A stretch of DNA of 51,221 bases from a virus (lineage: Duplodnaviria > Caudoviricetes), in IMG/VR virus record IMGVR_UViG_3300026187_000022, positions 1 to 51,221 of that record; one strand, given 5' to 3'. A program made the translations under genes and the position numbers. The notes beneath the pieces were generated by a model, which was not told the origin of the DNA, did not search any database, and saw only the letters and a program-made list of their open reading frames with translations. Shown here in pieces: positions 5,677 through 15,627 of the stretch; position 1 is the stretch's first letter, and the number at the start of each line of letters is the position of its first letter.

Positions 5677-8634
5677 ATGGCATCATACACTGGCAATAAA
5701 ATAAAAGATACATATCAATCAATAGTAAAAGCGATTGATAACGATGAGATAGGTGCAACTGATAAGCAGCTCACCGATGGGGTGGGCAATGAGCTTGGAC
5801 TTCATGTAAATACAGATGGAGATCTCAGAGTAGAGGGTGATCTCAGAGTAGATGGTGCTATAAAAGATTCTCTAAATTCGCCAGGCACAGATGGGCAGAT
5901 TCTAAAAAGTACTTTAACTGGTACAGATTGGGTTGATGTTTCTAGTGTAGCAGTGCAATCAATTACAGGCGGAACTGGAATAGATGCCGATGCCAGCCAG
6001 GGCGATGTTACGCTATCTGTAAATACTGAGGATCTACAGGATCTGATCGGTGCTATGGTTTCTGGAAATACTGAAACAAATATCCAGGTAACCTATGATG
6101 ATACAAATGGAAAGCTAAATTTTGTATCTACTGATTTTGATACCACTTATACTGCTGGCACTGGTTTAGATTTAACTGGTACAACTTTTAGCCACGAAAA
6201 TACATCAGATCAATCTAGCTCTACAAACACTGGTAGAACATATATCCAAAGCATCCAGTTAGATCAATTTGGTCATGTTACTGGAATTACTACTGCATCT
6301 GAAACAGATGAATCTATAACTCTAGTGGCTGGCGATGGAATAGATATTACTGGTACAACTATTAGCCATGAGGATACTTCATCTCAAGCTAGTTCTACAA
6401 ATACTGGTGATACATTCATACAATCTATTACATTAGATACCTTTGGGCATATAACTGCAATCAGTACAGCTACTACATCAGATACTACATATAGTGCTGA
6501 TGAGGTAACACTTACGGAAACATCAGAAGTATTTAGCATTAAAAATGGCGGAGTAGATACTTCACAGTTAGCATCTAACTCAGTTACTGATGATAAAATA
6601 GCTGCTGATTCAGTAGGTGCTAGTGAATTAAAAATAACAGGCAACGGAACTGCTGGGCAAGTTATTATCTCAGATGGTGATGGTACTTTTTCTTATGATG
6701 ATGTAGTTACTTCTGTAACCGCTGGAAACGCTTTAGCTGTAGATACTACTACTGGTGATTTAACTGTTTCCGTTAGTAATAACGCTATAGGAGCTGATGA
6801 GTTGAATGTTATTGGCGATGGTACATCTGGACAATATTTAACATCTGATGGCGATGGTTCATTTTCTTGGACTACAGGAACTGGTGGAGGTGGTAGCGCT
6901 ACAGTTAATTTAGAGGCTACCAAAGATGGCTTTACAGGGAATGGATCTACAACAGATTTCACTATTTCAGATACTGTAGATTCAGTAGATCAAATATCTG
7001 TTTACTTTGATGGGGTTTATCAAAATAATGAGGATGGTTTAGAGTTCTCAATTAGTGGCACTACTTTATCCTTTACAACAGCTCCAGAAAGTGGAGTAGA
7101 GATAGAGGTAGTAACTTTAGCGCCAGGATCCGATACTTTAATAAGCGGTACTGGTACTACTAACTATTTACCAAAGTTTACAGCAAACCACGAAATAGGT
7201 AATTCTAGCATCTCTGAATCTAGCGAGGTTATAGATATAGATACTACAGGCGCACTTGTATTGCCAGTATCTACTACTGCAAATCGCCCAGCTGCTCCAG
7301 AGATTGGAATGATTCGATACAATACTAGCACTTCTAAATATGAAACCTACTCTGGTAGCGCTTGGGAAAATTTACGCCCAACTGCTGGAGGTGGAATAGG
7401 ATTTACCTCTAATACATATAGTGTAGCTGCTGGATCTGGTTTAAGCCAGGATACAAATGGATTATCTCACGCTGATACATCTAGCCAGGCAAGCTCTACT
7501 AACTCTGGCGGCACAGTAATACAATCTATCTCAGTAGATGGCTTTGGGCATATTACTAACATAGGCACAGCTGCTGTATCTTTAACCGATACAACTTATA
7601 CTGCTGGCGGTGGAATGTCGCTAACATCTACCACATTTGCGCACGCTGATACATCAACTCAAGCGAGTTCTAGTAATACTGGGCGTACTTATATTCAATC
7701 AGTAGGCTTAGATACTTATGGTCATGTTACAAGTTTATCAACTGCTACAGAAACTGTTACAGATACAACATATAGTGCTGGCTCTGGAGTAGATCTTACA
7801 GGCACTACATTTAGCCACAGTGATACATCTAGCCAAGCTAGTAGCACAAATACTGGGCGCACCTACATACAATCTATTGGAGTTGATACCTATGGGCATA
7901 TTACTTCACTATCTACTGGAACTGAAACAGTAACTGATACAACTTATAGCGCCAGTGGTAATGGATTAGATTTAACTGGAACTGCATTTAGTCACGCTGA
8001 TACTTCATCTCTAGCATCTACTTCTAACACTGGTAGAACATATATCCAGAATGTAACTGTAGATGAGTTTGGACACCTTACAGGAGTAACTACAGCTACA
8101 GAAACTGCTGGAGAGGGTAGCACTTATACTGCTGGATCTGGTTTGGATTTATCTGGATCAAACGTATTTAGCATAGAGCCAGATTTAAGAGATGGGATCA
8201 CTCATATTGGATTAGATACAACTGATTATATCTACTTCAATAACAATACTGCTATTGATTTCTACACCAACGGAAACAATAGAATGAGATTAGAACAGGA
8301 TGGCGATCTTCATGTAGATGGCGATATTATTGCTTACTCTACTACTACCTCATCTGATGAGCGTTTAAAAGATAATATTAAAGAAATAGAGAGCGCCACT
8401 GATAAACTAAAACAACTTAAAGGAGTTGAGTTTACCTGGAAAAAGAATGGTAAAAATGGCGGTGGAGTAATTGCACAGGATGTAGAAAAAGTATTACCAG
8501 GAGCTGTAAAAGATATTGAATCGCTAGAGGGCGATAAAAGCTATAAGGCGGTAGATTATAACGCTATTATAGGTTTACTAATACAAACAAATAAAGAGCT
8601 ATTAGAACGTATAGAAACGCTTGAAAATAAATAG
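5677..8634 (+). CDS. Long fibre protein with C-terminal peptidase S74 intramolecular chaperone
   Basis: Thr/Ser/Gly-rich repeats and C-terminal SSDERLKDNI...GVIAQDVEKVLP...VDYNAIIGLLI. Confidence 0.92.
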   Translation: MASYTGNKIKDTYQSIVKAIDNDEIGATDKQLTDGVGNELGLHVNTDGDLRVEGDLRVDGAIKDSLNSPGTDGQILKSTLTGTDWVDVSSVAVQSITGGTGIDADASQGDVTLSVNTEDLQDLIGAMVSGNTETNIQVTYDDTNGKLNFVSTDFDTTYTAGTGLDLTGTTFSHENTSDQSSSTNTGRTYIQSIQLDQFGHVTGITTASETDESITLVAGDGIDITGTTISHEDTSSQASSTNTGDTFIQSITLDTFGHITAISTATTSDTTYSADEVTLTETSEVFSIKNGGVDTSQLASNSVTDDKIAADSVGASELKITGNGTAGQVIISDGDGTFSYDDVVTSVTAGNALAVDTTTGDLTVSVSNNAIGADELNVIGDGTSGQYLTSDGDGSFSWTTGTGGGGSATVNLEATKDGFTGNGSTTDFTISDTVDSVDQISVYFDGVYQNNEDGLEFSISGTTLSFTTAPESGVEIEVVTLAPGSDTLISGTGTTNYLPKFTANHEIGNSSISESSEVIDIDTTGALVLPVSTTANRPAAPEIGMIRYNTSTSKYETYSGSAWENLRPTAGGGIGFTSNTYSVAAGSGLSQDTNGLSHADTSSQASSTNSGGTVIQSISVDGFGHITNIGTAAVSLTDTTYTAGGGMSLTSTTFAHADTSTQASSSNTGRTYIQSVGLDTYGHVTSLSTATETVTDTTYSAGSGVDLTGTTFSHSDTSSQASSTNTGRTYIQSIGVDTYGHITSLSTGTETVTDTTYSASGNGLDLTGTAFSHADTSSLASTSNTGRTYIQNVTVDEFGHLTGVTTATETAGEGSTYTAGSGLDLSGSNVFSIEPDLRDGITHIGLDTTDYIYFNNNTAIDFYTNGNNRMRLEQDGDLHVDGDIIAYSTTTSSDERLKDNIKEIESATDKLKQLKGVEFTWKKNGKNGGGVIAQDVEKVLPGAVKDIESLEGDKSYKAVDYNAIIGLLIQTNKELLERIETLENK

Positions 8635-8636
8635 TA

Positions 8637-9866
8637 ATGGCAATAACCGATAGCGGACAAATTAGATTCTCAGATATTGCCAATGAGTATGGCGTATCTC
8701 TTAGCAATGTTTCACTTTCTACATTATCTACTGATATAGGTTTAACGCCTCAGCACGCCATTACAGAATTTTATGGCAAATCGGCTGGATTAACCATTAA
8801 TGATTTAACTAATACAATAACTGCTGATGATGATAGTGTTGCATTATCTATAGATGTAGAGGATGCTGTTTATTTTGATGGGTATCATTTTGTTTCTAAT
8901 AGAACATCTGTAACAGATGCCTCTTATTATTCAGATGATGATGGTATAAGCTGGACTAGAAAAACATCTTTATTTGATCAAAAATCTAAATTCACTGTAG
9001 CTGGTGATTATTTAATTACTGTAGATCAAAATAATTTAACTAGGTGGATATTCGGATCAGAGCCAAATTCTATTAGCGATACTACATATCTATCTGATTT
9101 AGATATATATAGAACTAGGTTTTCCTCTAGTGGTGGATCTACTGCATCAAATGCTATTTATTATGATGATCATGTTTATTATTTAGATAATAGTACTTTT
9201 AGAGGGTGGGATTTAAGTAGTGGCGGATTTACTCCAGTTTCTACAGGAGGTATTATCTACCAAGGAACATTCCAATATCGCCCATTAGCTGTAGGTAATG
9301 ATGGTAGAATGATTACTATTGGATGGACTAATAGCAATGATTATTCGCCATGCTTTGTGGTTACAGATAATAATTTTGTAACAAATACAGCTATACCATT
9401 TCCTAGTGTTAGCAATTATACATATACCTCATCTACATTATCTGGAAGTAATTTTAATAATGCTCATCTAGTAACAGATGGCGATGGAAATTGGGTTTTT
9501 ACGCCAAGAGTACATGATAGCGGTAGAACTTTATATATTTATTCAGATGATAATGGCGATACCTGGACAGCTATAGAGGATCATTATTATGATGAAAATG
9601 TTATGACATATACGCCTGGAACTACAACAACTAGTGATGAAAATTTTGGATACATAGAATCAGCTATATTTGCTAATAATAAATTTTATTTAGGTTATGC
9701 TAGTGGCGCTAGTGGATCTGAAAGTGATAGGGGTGGTTTGATATTTAGTTCAGATGGCGAGAATTTAACTGGTATAAAAGATATTGGAACAGGAGCTAGA
9801 GGTTTATCATCAAACGGATCTACACTCATTGTAGCTGGTGATGATAAGTTTCTAAGGTTTACCTAA
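8637..9866 (+). CDS. Fibre-tip adhesin/receptor-binding protein with Asp-box (BNR) repeats
   Basis: N-terminal SGQIRFSDIANEYG...TEFYGKS attachment-type segment, plus YYSDDDGISW and YSDDNGDTW Asp boxes. Confidence 0.75.
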   Translation: MAITDSGQIRFSDIANEYGVSLSNVSLSTLSTDIGLTPQHAITEFYGKSAGLTINDLTNTITADDDSVALSIDVEDAVYFDGYHFVSNRTSVTDASYYSDDDGISWTRKTSLFDQKSKFTVAGDYLITVDQNNLTRWIFGSEPNSISDTTYLSDLDIYRTRFSSSGGSTASNAIYYDDHVYYLDNSTFRGWDLSSGGFTPVSTGGIIYQGTFQYRPLAVGNDGRMITIGWTNSNDYSPCFVVTDNNFVTNTAIPFPSVSNYTYTSSTLSGSNFNNAHLVTDGDGNWVFTPRVHDSGRTLYIYSDDNGDTWTAIEDHYYDENVMTYTPGTTTTSDENFGYIESAIFANNKFYLGYASGASGSESDRGGLIFSSDGENLTGIKDIGTGARGLSSNGSTLIVAGDDKFLRFT

Positions 9867-9873
9867 AAAACAT

Positions 9874-9881
9874 TAATTTTG
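9874..9881 (+). promoter_or_regulatory. -7 promoter element TAATTTTG
   Basis: Intergenic. Conserved at 44530-44537. Confidence 0.7.
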
Positions 9882-9895
9882 TATAAAATAGAAAT

Positions 9896-12187
9896 ATGGC
9901 AGCTACTAAGGTAACAACAAAGGTAATAGCGGATGATGCAGTAACTATCGATAAGATAAATGATAGTGCATTAGTAACCGAATCAGAGGGCATATCATCT
10001 AATGATAATGATACCACGATACCTACCTCTGCTGCTGTAAAAGATTATGTAGATACTGAGGTAGCTGGCTTAGTAGATTCCGCTCCAGCAACACTAGATA
10101 CACTAAATGAGTTGGCTGCTGCTTTAGGGGATGATGCTAGTTTTTCCACTACAGTAACAAATTCAATAGCAACTAAACAGGATGCCTCTACAGCTTTAAC
10201 CACTACAACTAATTTTAGTGGTGATGTTTCTGGTACTTATAACAATATTGTTATATCGGATGATTCTCATAATCATACCATAGCTAATGTAGATGGTTTA
10301 CAAACTGCTTTAGATGGCAAGGTAGATGGTACTGGTACTGCTGGTACATTACCAAAGTTATCTGATACAAATACGATTACAGATTCAGCTATTTCAGAAT
10401 CTGGCGAGATTATAGATATAGATACTACTGGAGCAATTAGAGTTCCAGATGGTACAACTGCACAGCGCCCAGGAACGCCTGTAGCTGGAATGTTTAGATA
10501 CAATACTACAGATGGGCAGTTTGAGGGTTACACTACAGAATGGGGTGCTATAGCTGGCTCTGGTGGTGGAGGTGCTGCTGGCACTTTAGATATCGAACAA
10601 GATACCTTTGATGGCGATGGATCTACAGTAGCTTTCACTTTGACCTCAAGCTGTGATTCAGAAAACAATTTACAAGTTTATATAGATGGCGTTTACCAGT
10701 CAAAAGATAATTTTTCTGTAAGTGGTACAACCTTAACTTTTACAACAGCACCAAATACTGGAACTGATAACATAGAGGTAATGCACCTAAAATCTGTTGT
10801 GGGTAGTGTTAAGGTAGATACATTTACTGGCGATGGATCAGATACTACATTTGATTTAACTCATAGTATAACCACTGAAAACAATACCCAAGTTTTTATA
10901 GATGGTGTTTACCAATCAAAAGATAACTATTCAACCTCTGGCACTACTGTTACATTTTCCACTGCACCTCCTAATGGTAGTGCTATAGAGGTAGTTCATA
11001 TTGTGCCTAGTTCATCTGGTGGCGGAGGCATTAGCTGGGTTACTGATGACAAAACAGTAAACTTTACAGCCACAGCTGGAGAGGGTTATTTTGTTAATAC
11101 TACAAGTGCTGCAATTACTGTAACACTGCCTAGCTCACCTAGTGCTGGTGATGAGGTTTCTATAGTTGATTACGCTGGTACTGCCGATACTAACAATATC
11201 ACAATAACATCGAGTGACAATATTAATGGCGCATCTGATGATGTTGTAATAAATTATGAAAGAGGTGGGGTATCTATGGTTTATGTAGATGCAACTCAAG
11301 GTTGGATAGCTTACAATGCTGTTAATGAAAGTAATAGTTCTTTTTCTGGTCCAGCGCTACCTTTATCTCTTGAATACTTAATAGTCGCTGGAGGAGGTGC
11401 TGGTGGTAATAATTTTGCTAACTCTCCTTATGATGGTTATGGCAATCCAGCTGGTGGTGGTGGAGCTGGAGGATTATTAACCTCAACTTTATCTAGCCCT
11501 ACAGTTGGTAATACTTTAACTGTAACTGTTGGAGGTGGTGGAGCAGGTACAACTACCGCATCTCAAGGTGCTAATGGAACAAACTCCTCTGTTACAGGAA
11601 CAGGTGTTTCTTTAACCTGTATTGGTGGTGGAGCTGGCGGTCAAGAGCAAGTCCAAAGTGGTACAGATGGTGGTTCTGGAGGTGGAGCTTCTGCAAATGG
11701 AACATCTGGGTCTGGTACAACTGGACAGGGTAACGATGGTGGTGCCTCTCCTTCCGGTTATCCTGGAGGTGGAGGAGGGGGAGCTGGAGCTGCTGGTGGT
11801 AATTCAACGTCAACCGTTGCTGGAGATGGAGGTATTGGAATTCAATCTAATATTACAGGTACTCAAGCTTATTATGCTGGAGGAGGCGGTGGAGGCGCAG
11901 CTAGTTACCAAGGTAAAACAGCTGGTGCTGGTGGAGCTGGAGGCGGTGGAGCTGGAAATTCATCTGGCGCTGGCGCAAATGGAACGGATTTCACTGGAGG
12001 CGGTGGAGGTGGAGCTGGCACAAACTTATCCAGTAATGAGCAAGGAGGAAATGGAGGTTCTGGCGTTGTAATATTTAAAGTTCCTACTAATCACTATACT
12101 GGAGCTACTACTGGAAATCCAACAATAACAACTGATGGCGATTACACTATAATAAAGTTTGAATCATCTGGCTCTTATACAATTTAA
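9896..12187 (+). CDS. Fibre protein with C-terminal glycine-rich domain
   Basis: APATLDTLNELAAALGDD fibre motif and YLIVAGGGAGG...YAGGGGG...GGSGVVI glycine-rich domain. Confidence 0.88.
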   Translation: MAATKVTTKVIADDAVTIDKINDSALVTESEGISSNDNDTTIPTSAAVKDYVDTEVAGLVDSAPATLDTLNELAAALGDDASFSTTVTNSIATKQDASTALTTTTNFSGDVSGTYNNIVISDDSHNHTIANVDGLQTALDGKVDGTGTAGTLPKLSDTNTITDSAISESGEIIDIDTTGAIRVPDGTTAQRPGTPVAGMFRYNTTDGQFEGYTTEWGAIAGSGGGGAAGTLDIEQDTFDGDGSTVAFTLTSSCDSENNLQVYIDGVYQSKDNFSVSGTTLTFTTAPNTGTDNIEVMHLKSVVGSVKVDTFTGDGSDTTFDLTHSITTENNTQVFIDGVYQSKDNYSTSGTTVTFSTAPPNGSAIEVVHIVPSSSGGGGISWVTDDKTVNFTATAGEGYFVNTTSAAITVTLPSSPSAGDEVSIVDYAGTADTNNITITSSDNINGASDDVVINYERGGVSMVYVDATQGWIAYNAVNESNSSFSGPALPLSLEYLIVAGGGAGGNNFANSPYDGYGNPAGGGGAGGLLTSTLSSPTVGNTLTVTVGGGGAGTTTASQGANGTNSSVTGTGVSLTCIGGGAGGQEQVQSGTDGGSGGGASANGTSGSGTTGQGNDGGASPSGYPGGGGGGAGAAGGNSTSTVAGDGGIGIQSNITGTQAYYAGGGGGGAASYQGKTAGAGGAGGGGAGNSSGAGANGTDFTGGGGGGAGTNLSSNEQGGNGGSGVVIFKVPTNHYTGATTGNPTITTDGDYTIIKFESSGSYTI

Positions 12188-12199
12188 AAATATATAAAA

Positions 12200-12550
12200 A
12201 TGGCACATTATGCAAAAGTTAAGCAAGGAATAGTAGTTAAAGTAATTGTAGCAGAAGCATCATTTTTTGACAATTTTGTTGATGATTCACCTGGAAAATG
12301 GATTCAAACATCATATAATACAATAGGAGGAATCCATTCTTTAGGAGGTACACCTTTAAGGAAAAACTATGCAGGAATAGGATATACATACGATGAATCT
12401 CGTGATGCTTTTATTCCGCCAAAACCATTTGATAGCTGGGTTTTAAATGAAGATAGTTGCCTATGGGAAGCACCAGTAGCTATGCCAGACGATGGACAGC
12501 GATATGAATGGAATGAAGAAACAACAAATTGGGATTTAGTAACTTTGTAA
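12200..12550 (+). CDS. Partner/chaperone of glycine-rich fibre
   Basis: MAHYA...QTSYN...RKNYAGIGYTYD..RDAFIPPKPFDSW...WEAPV family pattern that typically follows Gly-rich fibres. Confidence 0.75.
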   Translation: MAHYAKVKQGIVVKVIVAEASFFDNFVDDSPGKWIQTSYNTIGGIHSLGGTPLRKNYAGIGYTYDESRDAFIPPKPFDSWVLNEDSCLWEAPVAMPDDGQRYEWNEETTNWDLVTL

Positions 12551-12560
12551 AAAATAAAAA

Positions 12561-12920
12561 ATGGCATTAACTAAAGTAACACACGACGTTTTAGAAGATA
12601 GATACACAGCTGCAAGTGCTGTGACTTCTGGCGCATCTATAACTATCGATTCATCCAGCGCAGATATTTTCACTTGGACTGCTGGGCATTCTGCAACTAT
12701 TGACTTCACAAACGTAAAGATTGGTGATGTCGTTACTTTAGAAGTAACTGGGGGCGGTGGTTCTTATACGCTTACACTACAAAATATTAATGGCTCTGCT
12801 GGAACGTTTAATAAAATTGCTGGTGATTATGATGACACTTCTGCAACTAAAAACCTTATAGAATTTAAGTTTATATCTACCAGCGCAGCTTGGTATCAAA
12901 TCTCACAAATAGCATCCTAA
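12561..12920 (+). CDS. Short fibre/adaptor protein (copy 1 only)
   Basis: MALTKVT N-terminus, beta-rich. Absent from copy 2. Confidence 0.7.
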   Translation: MALTKVTHDVLEDRYTAASAVTSGASITIDSSSADIFTWTAGHSATIDFTNVKIGDVVTLEVTGGGGSYTLTLQNINGSAGTFNKIAGDYDDTSATKNLIEFKFISTSAAWYQISQIAS

Positions 12921-12921
12921 T

Positions 12922-13410
12922 ATGAAAGCAATAATAATAAAAGGTAAAATTGAAAAATTTAACTCAATACCTAAAAGTTGGGGCAATGTAATGGGAGGCT
13001 TTGACAACTTATCTAGTCAAGAATTAGAAAATTATGGCTTTTACGATGTTATCACTCCAACGTATGACCCTATAACTCAAGTTATACACAATCTACATTT
13101 TGACGATAGTTATGACGATGGAATATCAGAACCACGCTCAGTATTTATTTACGATGTAAAAGATAAAACAATTTCTGAAACAGTAGCACAGTTAAAAACT
13201 AAAAAAATAGATGCCCTAAAAAAGTTAGGCTACGATAAATTACAGTCAACAGATTGGATGGTAATAAGAGAAGCTGAAAAGGGTACTGCTATACCTTCTG
13301 CCACACAAACAGAAAGAGATGATATTAGAGCAAGTGTATTAGCAAAAGAGAGTGAGATAAACGCACTAACTACGAAAGCAGATATTTTACGTTACGACAT
13401 TAACTTCTAA
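12922..13410 (+). CDS. Tail-fibre assembly-like protein (copy 1 only)
   Basis: LQSTDWMVIREAE...ERDDIR pattern resembles fibre assembly chaperones. Confidence 0.65.
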   Translation: MKAIIIKGKIEKFNSIPKSWGNVMGGFDNLSSQELENYGFYDVITPTYDPITQVIHNLHFDDSYDDGISEPRSVFIYDVKDKTISETVAQLKTKKIDALKKLGYDKLQSTDWMVIREAEKGTAIPSATQTERDDIRASVLAKESEINALTTKADILRYDINF

Positions 13411-13420
13411 AATTTGCTTT

Positions 13421-15580
13421 ATGGCATTGAATAAAAAAATCTTTCCTAAAGTAGCAGTAGCAGGTAATGGTGGTGCAGCAGCTAGTGCAGAGCAAAACCT
13501 TATTTTAAATTTAGATGCTAACGATGTAGATAGCTACGATGGAGATGGCTCTATTTGGTACGATATATCAGAACACGATGTAACAATTCCTTTGTCTGAT
13601 AATGCCGATGATTTAGAACTGCATCTTAATGCTAGTGATTCTACCTCTTATGACGGTAGTGGTACTACTTGGACTGATATAAGCGGCAATAGTAGAAATG
13701 GAACTATAAACGGCTCACCTCCTTACGATATTGACAGATATGGTTCGTTCGACTTTACTCAAAATACAGGAGATTATATTGAAATAACTACCAATTCCGC
13801 ATTACAACCTGCATCAACAGGAACTACTTATGAATTTTGGATTACACCTGATACAAGTAGCGATACAAACACTCTATTGTATTATGGAACAACCGATGGT
13901 TATGGCCTTATGCTTTTTAATAATTACGGTACACCTTATGTAGTTGCTTATAACTCTAGTAATGGAGCTGTTGTTAACTTTTCGTCTGGGTATTCTATAT
14001 CCAACAATACGCTTGCTCACGTTGTATTTACTTTTAGTAGCGATGTAAACCCTGTCGTAAATATATACGTTGATGGAGAATTTAAACAAACATCAACAGG
14101 TAGTGGAACAATAAGAAAAGATAGTGCTGTAAATATTGTATTGGGCAGATACACTTTAGGTAACCTTAACGACTTTGAAGGTAAGATGCACGCTGCACGC
14201 ATATATTCTAAAGTACTTTCAGCATCAGAAATAGCACAGAACTATAGACACGGAGTAGATTATATTTATACTGATTTAGTAGATGACACTAATTTAGAAT
14301 TGCATTTAGATGCAGGTAATACTGATTCTTATGACCCTAGTTCGGATGGCTCTACTTGGAGCGACTTAACAACAAATGGGCATAATGCTACTTTAACTTC
14401 TATGGATGCTAATCAGCACGACCAAGAAATAGGAGGCTGGTTTGAATTTGATGGTACTAATGATTATATGACCGTTACAGGTAATAGTGCATTTTACCCA
14501 ACAACCACAACAGGTATTACAGTAGAGTGTTGGTTTACAAGCGATACAACAGATGATGGGGAAACTCTTGTACATACTCGAAGTGGTACAGGTGGATGGA
14601 GATTGTTTAGCTCTTATTCAAACCTTTATGTAGATACATTTAATTCAAGTGATGGATTAATAGGTAGAGCAAATGCAGGTACAGTTAGTGATGATACTTG
14701 GCATCACGCTGTGTTTACTTTAGAAAATTCTAATTCTACAGCTACACTAAAACTTTATCTTGATGGAGAATTAATTGATACAGCTTCATTAAGTGATACA
14801 ATGGGTACCACAGTAAGTGATTTAGCTATAGGCGGAAGAACAGACCGTACTTTTGACAAATTAGACGGTAAAATAGGTCAAGTGAGGATATACTCTGAAG
14901 AACTTTCAGCAGATGAAGTAATGCAAAACTACCTATTTACTAAAAATAATTACCCTAATGTTTATCACGCTACAGCAGTAAACTCCCCTACTTTTTCTTC
15001 TAGTTATTTTGATTTTGACGACACTAATAATACTTCAACAGATTATTTTTCTTTATCAAATGATGTTTTACAAGTATTATCTGGTAAGGAAGGAATGAGT
15101 ATATCGGCTTGGGTCAATTTTGATACTGTAAGTGGTAATCAAAGTATTATTTCTACTTACGAAGGCGGTTCGACTTTATTGTTTGGTTTTAACACAACTA
15201 ATGCAAAATTTACTTGGTATCTATATGATTCTAATTTTGAAGGCAGCAGAAGTTCTGTTGATGTATTTTCAACGGGAGTATGGACACATATAGTAGCAGT
15301 TTTTGATGGTTCACAAACGCACGCATCAGGAACAGGTGGAAAATATCAAGCGTATATTGATGGTAGTGAGATTACTATGAACACCCTATATACAGGACCA
15401 AATCTTACTGAAGTACCTAGTGTTGCGTCAAATGTACCTTTGCGAATTGCAGCAGGTTTTGGTAGTGGTTCAATAGGAGAGGATAGTTTTGATGGTAAAA
15501 TCTCTAAAATTAGAATATACGACAGAGCAATTACAAGTGCTGAAGTAACTGCTATTTTTAATGAAGGAAGTGGTAACTAA
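13421..15580 (+). CDS. LamG/concanavalin-A-like lectin repeat protein, 3 domains (copy 1 only)
   Basis: Repeated LxLHLDA..SY.GSG.TW.D.S, WxH.VFT, Y.DG and G.I...RIY...LS..E motifs. Confidence 0.9.
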   Translation: MALNKKIFPKVAVAGNGGAAASAEQNLILNLDANDVDSYDGDGSIWYDISEHDVTIPLSDNADDLELHLNASDSTSYDGSGTTWTDISGNSRNGTINGSPPYDIDRYGSFDFTQNTGDYIEITTNSALQPASTGTTYEFWITPDTSSDTNTLLYYGTTDGYGLMLFNNYGTPYVVAYNSSNGAVVNFSSGYSISNNTLAHVVFTFSSDVNPVVNIYVDGEFKQTSTGSGTIRKDSAVNIVLGRYTLGNLNDFEGKMHAARIYSKVLSASEIAQNYRHGVDYIYTDLVDDTNLELHLDAGNTDSYDPSSDGSTWSDLTTNGHNATLTSMDANQHDQEIGGWFEFDGTNDYMTVTGNSAFYPTTTTGITVECWFTSDTTDDGETLVHTRSGTGGWRLFSSYSNLYVDTFNSSDGLIGRANAGTVSDDTWHHAVFTLENSNSTATLKLYLDGELIDTASLSDTMGTTVSDLAIGGRTDRTFDKLDGKIGQVRIYSEELSADEVMQNYLFTKNNYPNVYHATAVNSPTFSSSYFDFDDTNNTSTDYFSLSNDVLQVLSGKEGMSISAWVNFDTVSGNQSIISTYEGGSTLLFGFNTTNAKFTWYLYDSNFEGSRSSVDVFSTGVWTHIVAVFDGSQTHASGTGGKYQAYIDGSEITMNTLYTGPNLTEVPSVASNVPLRIAAGFGSGSIGEDSFDGKISKIRIYDRAITSAEVTAIFNEGSGN

Positions 15581-15627
15581 TGGAACAGTTGAAGATATAT
15601 TTATTTAACGCAATAGCATTAGCATAA
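15580..15627 (+). pseudogene. 15-codon remnant of a small-holin homologue
   Basis: MEQLKIYLFNAIALA*, coupled (TAATG) to the LamG gene. Resembles MENLKIWGINLSALG of 3734..3889. Absent from copy 2. Confidence 0.6.

Noticed and set aside
11622-12071. Alternative-frame + ORFs in glycine-rich genes (also 47691..47948)
   Set aside because: The Val/Glu/Leu-rich text is the expected off-frame reading of GGT/GGA/GCT codon runs.
8637-15580. Diversity-generating retroelement or invertible shufflon behind fibre variation
   Set aside because: No reverse transcriptase, no TR/VR pair with adenine-specific differences, no recombinase and no inverted cassettes were seen.
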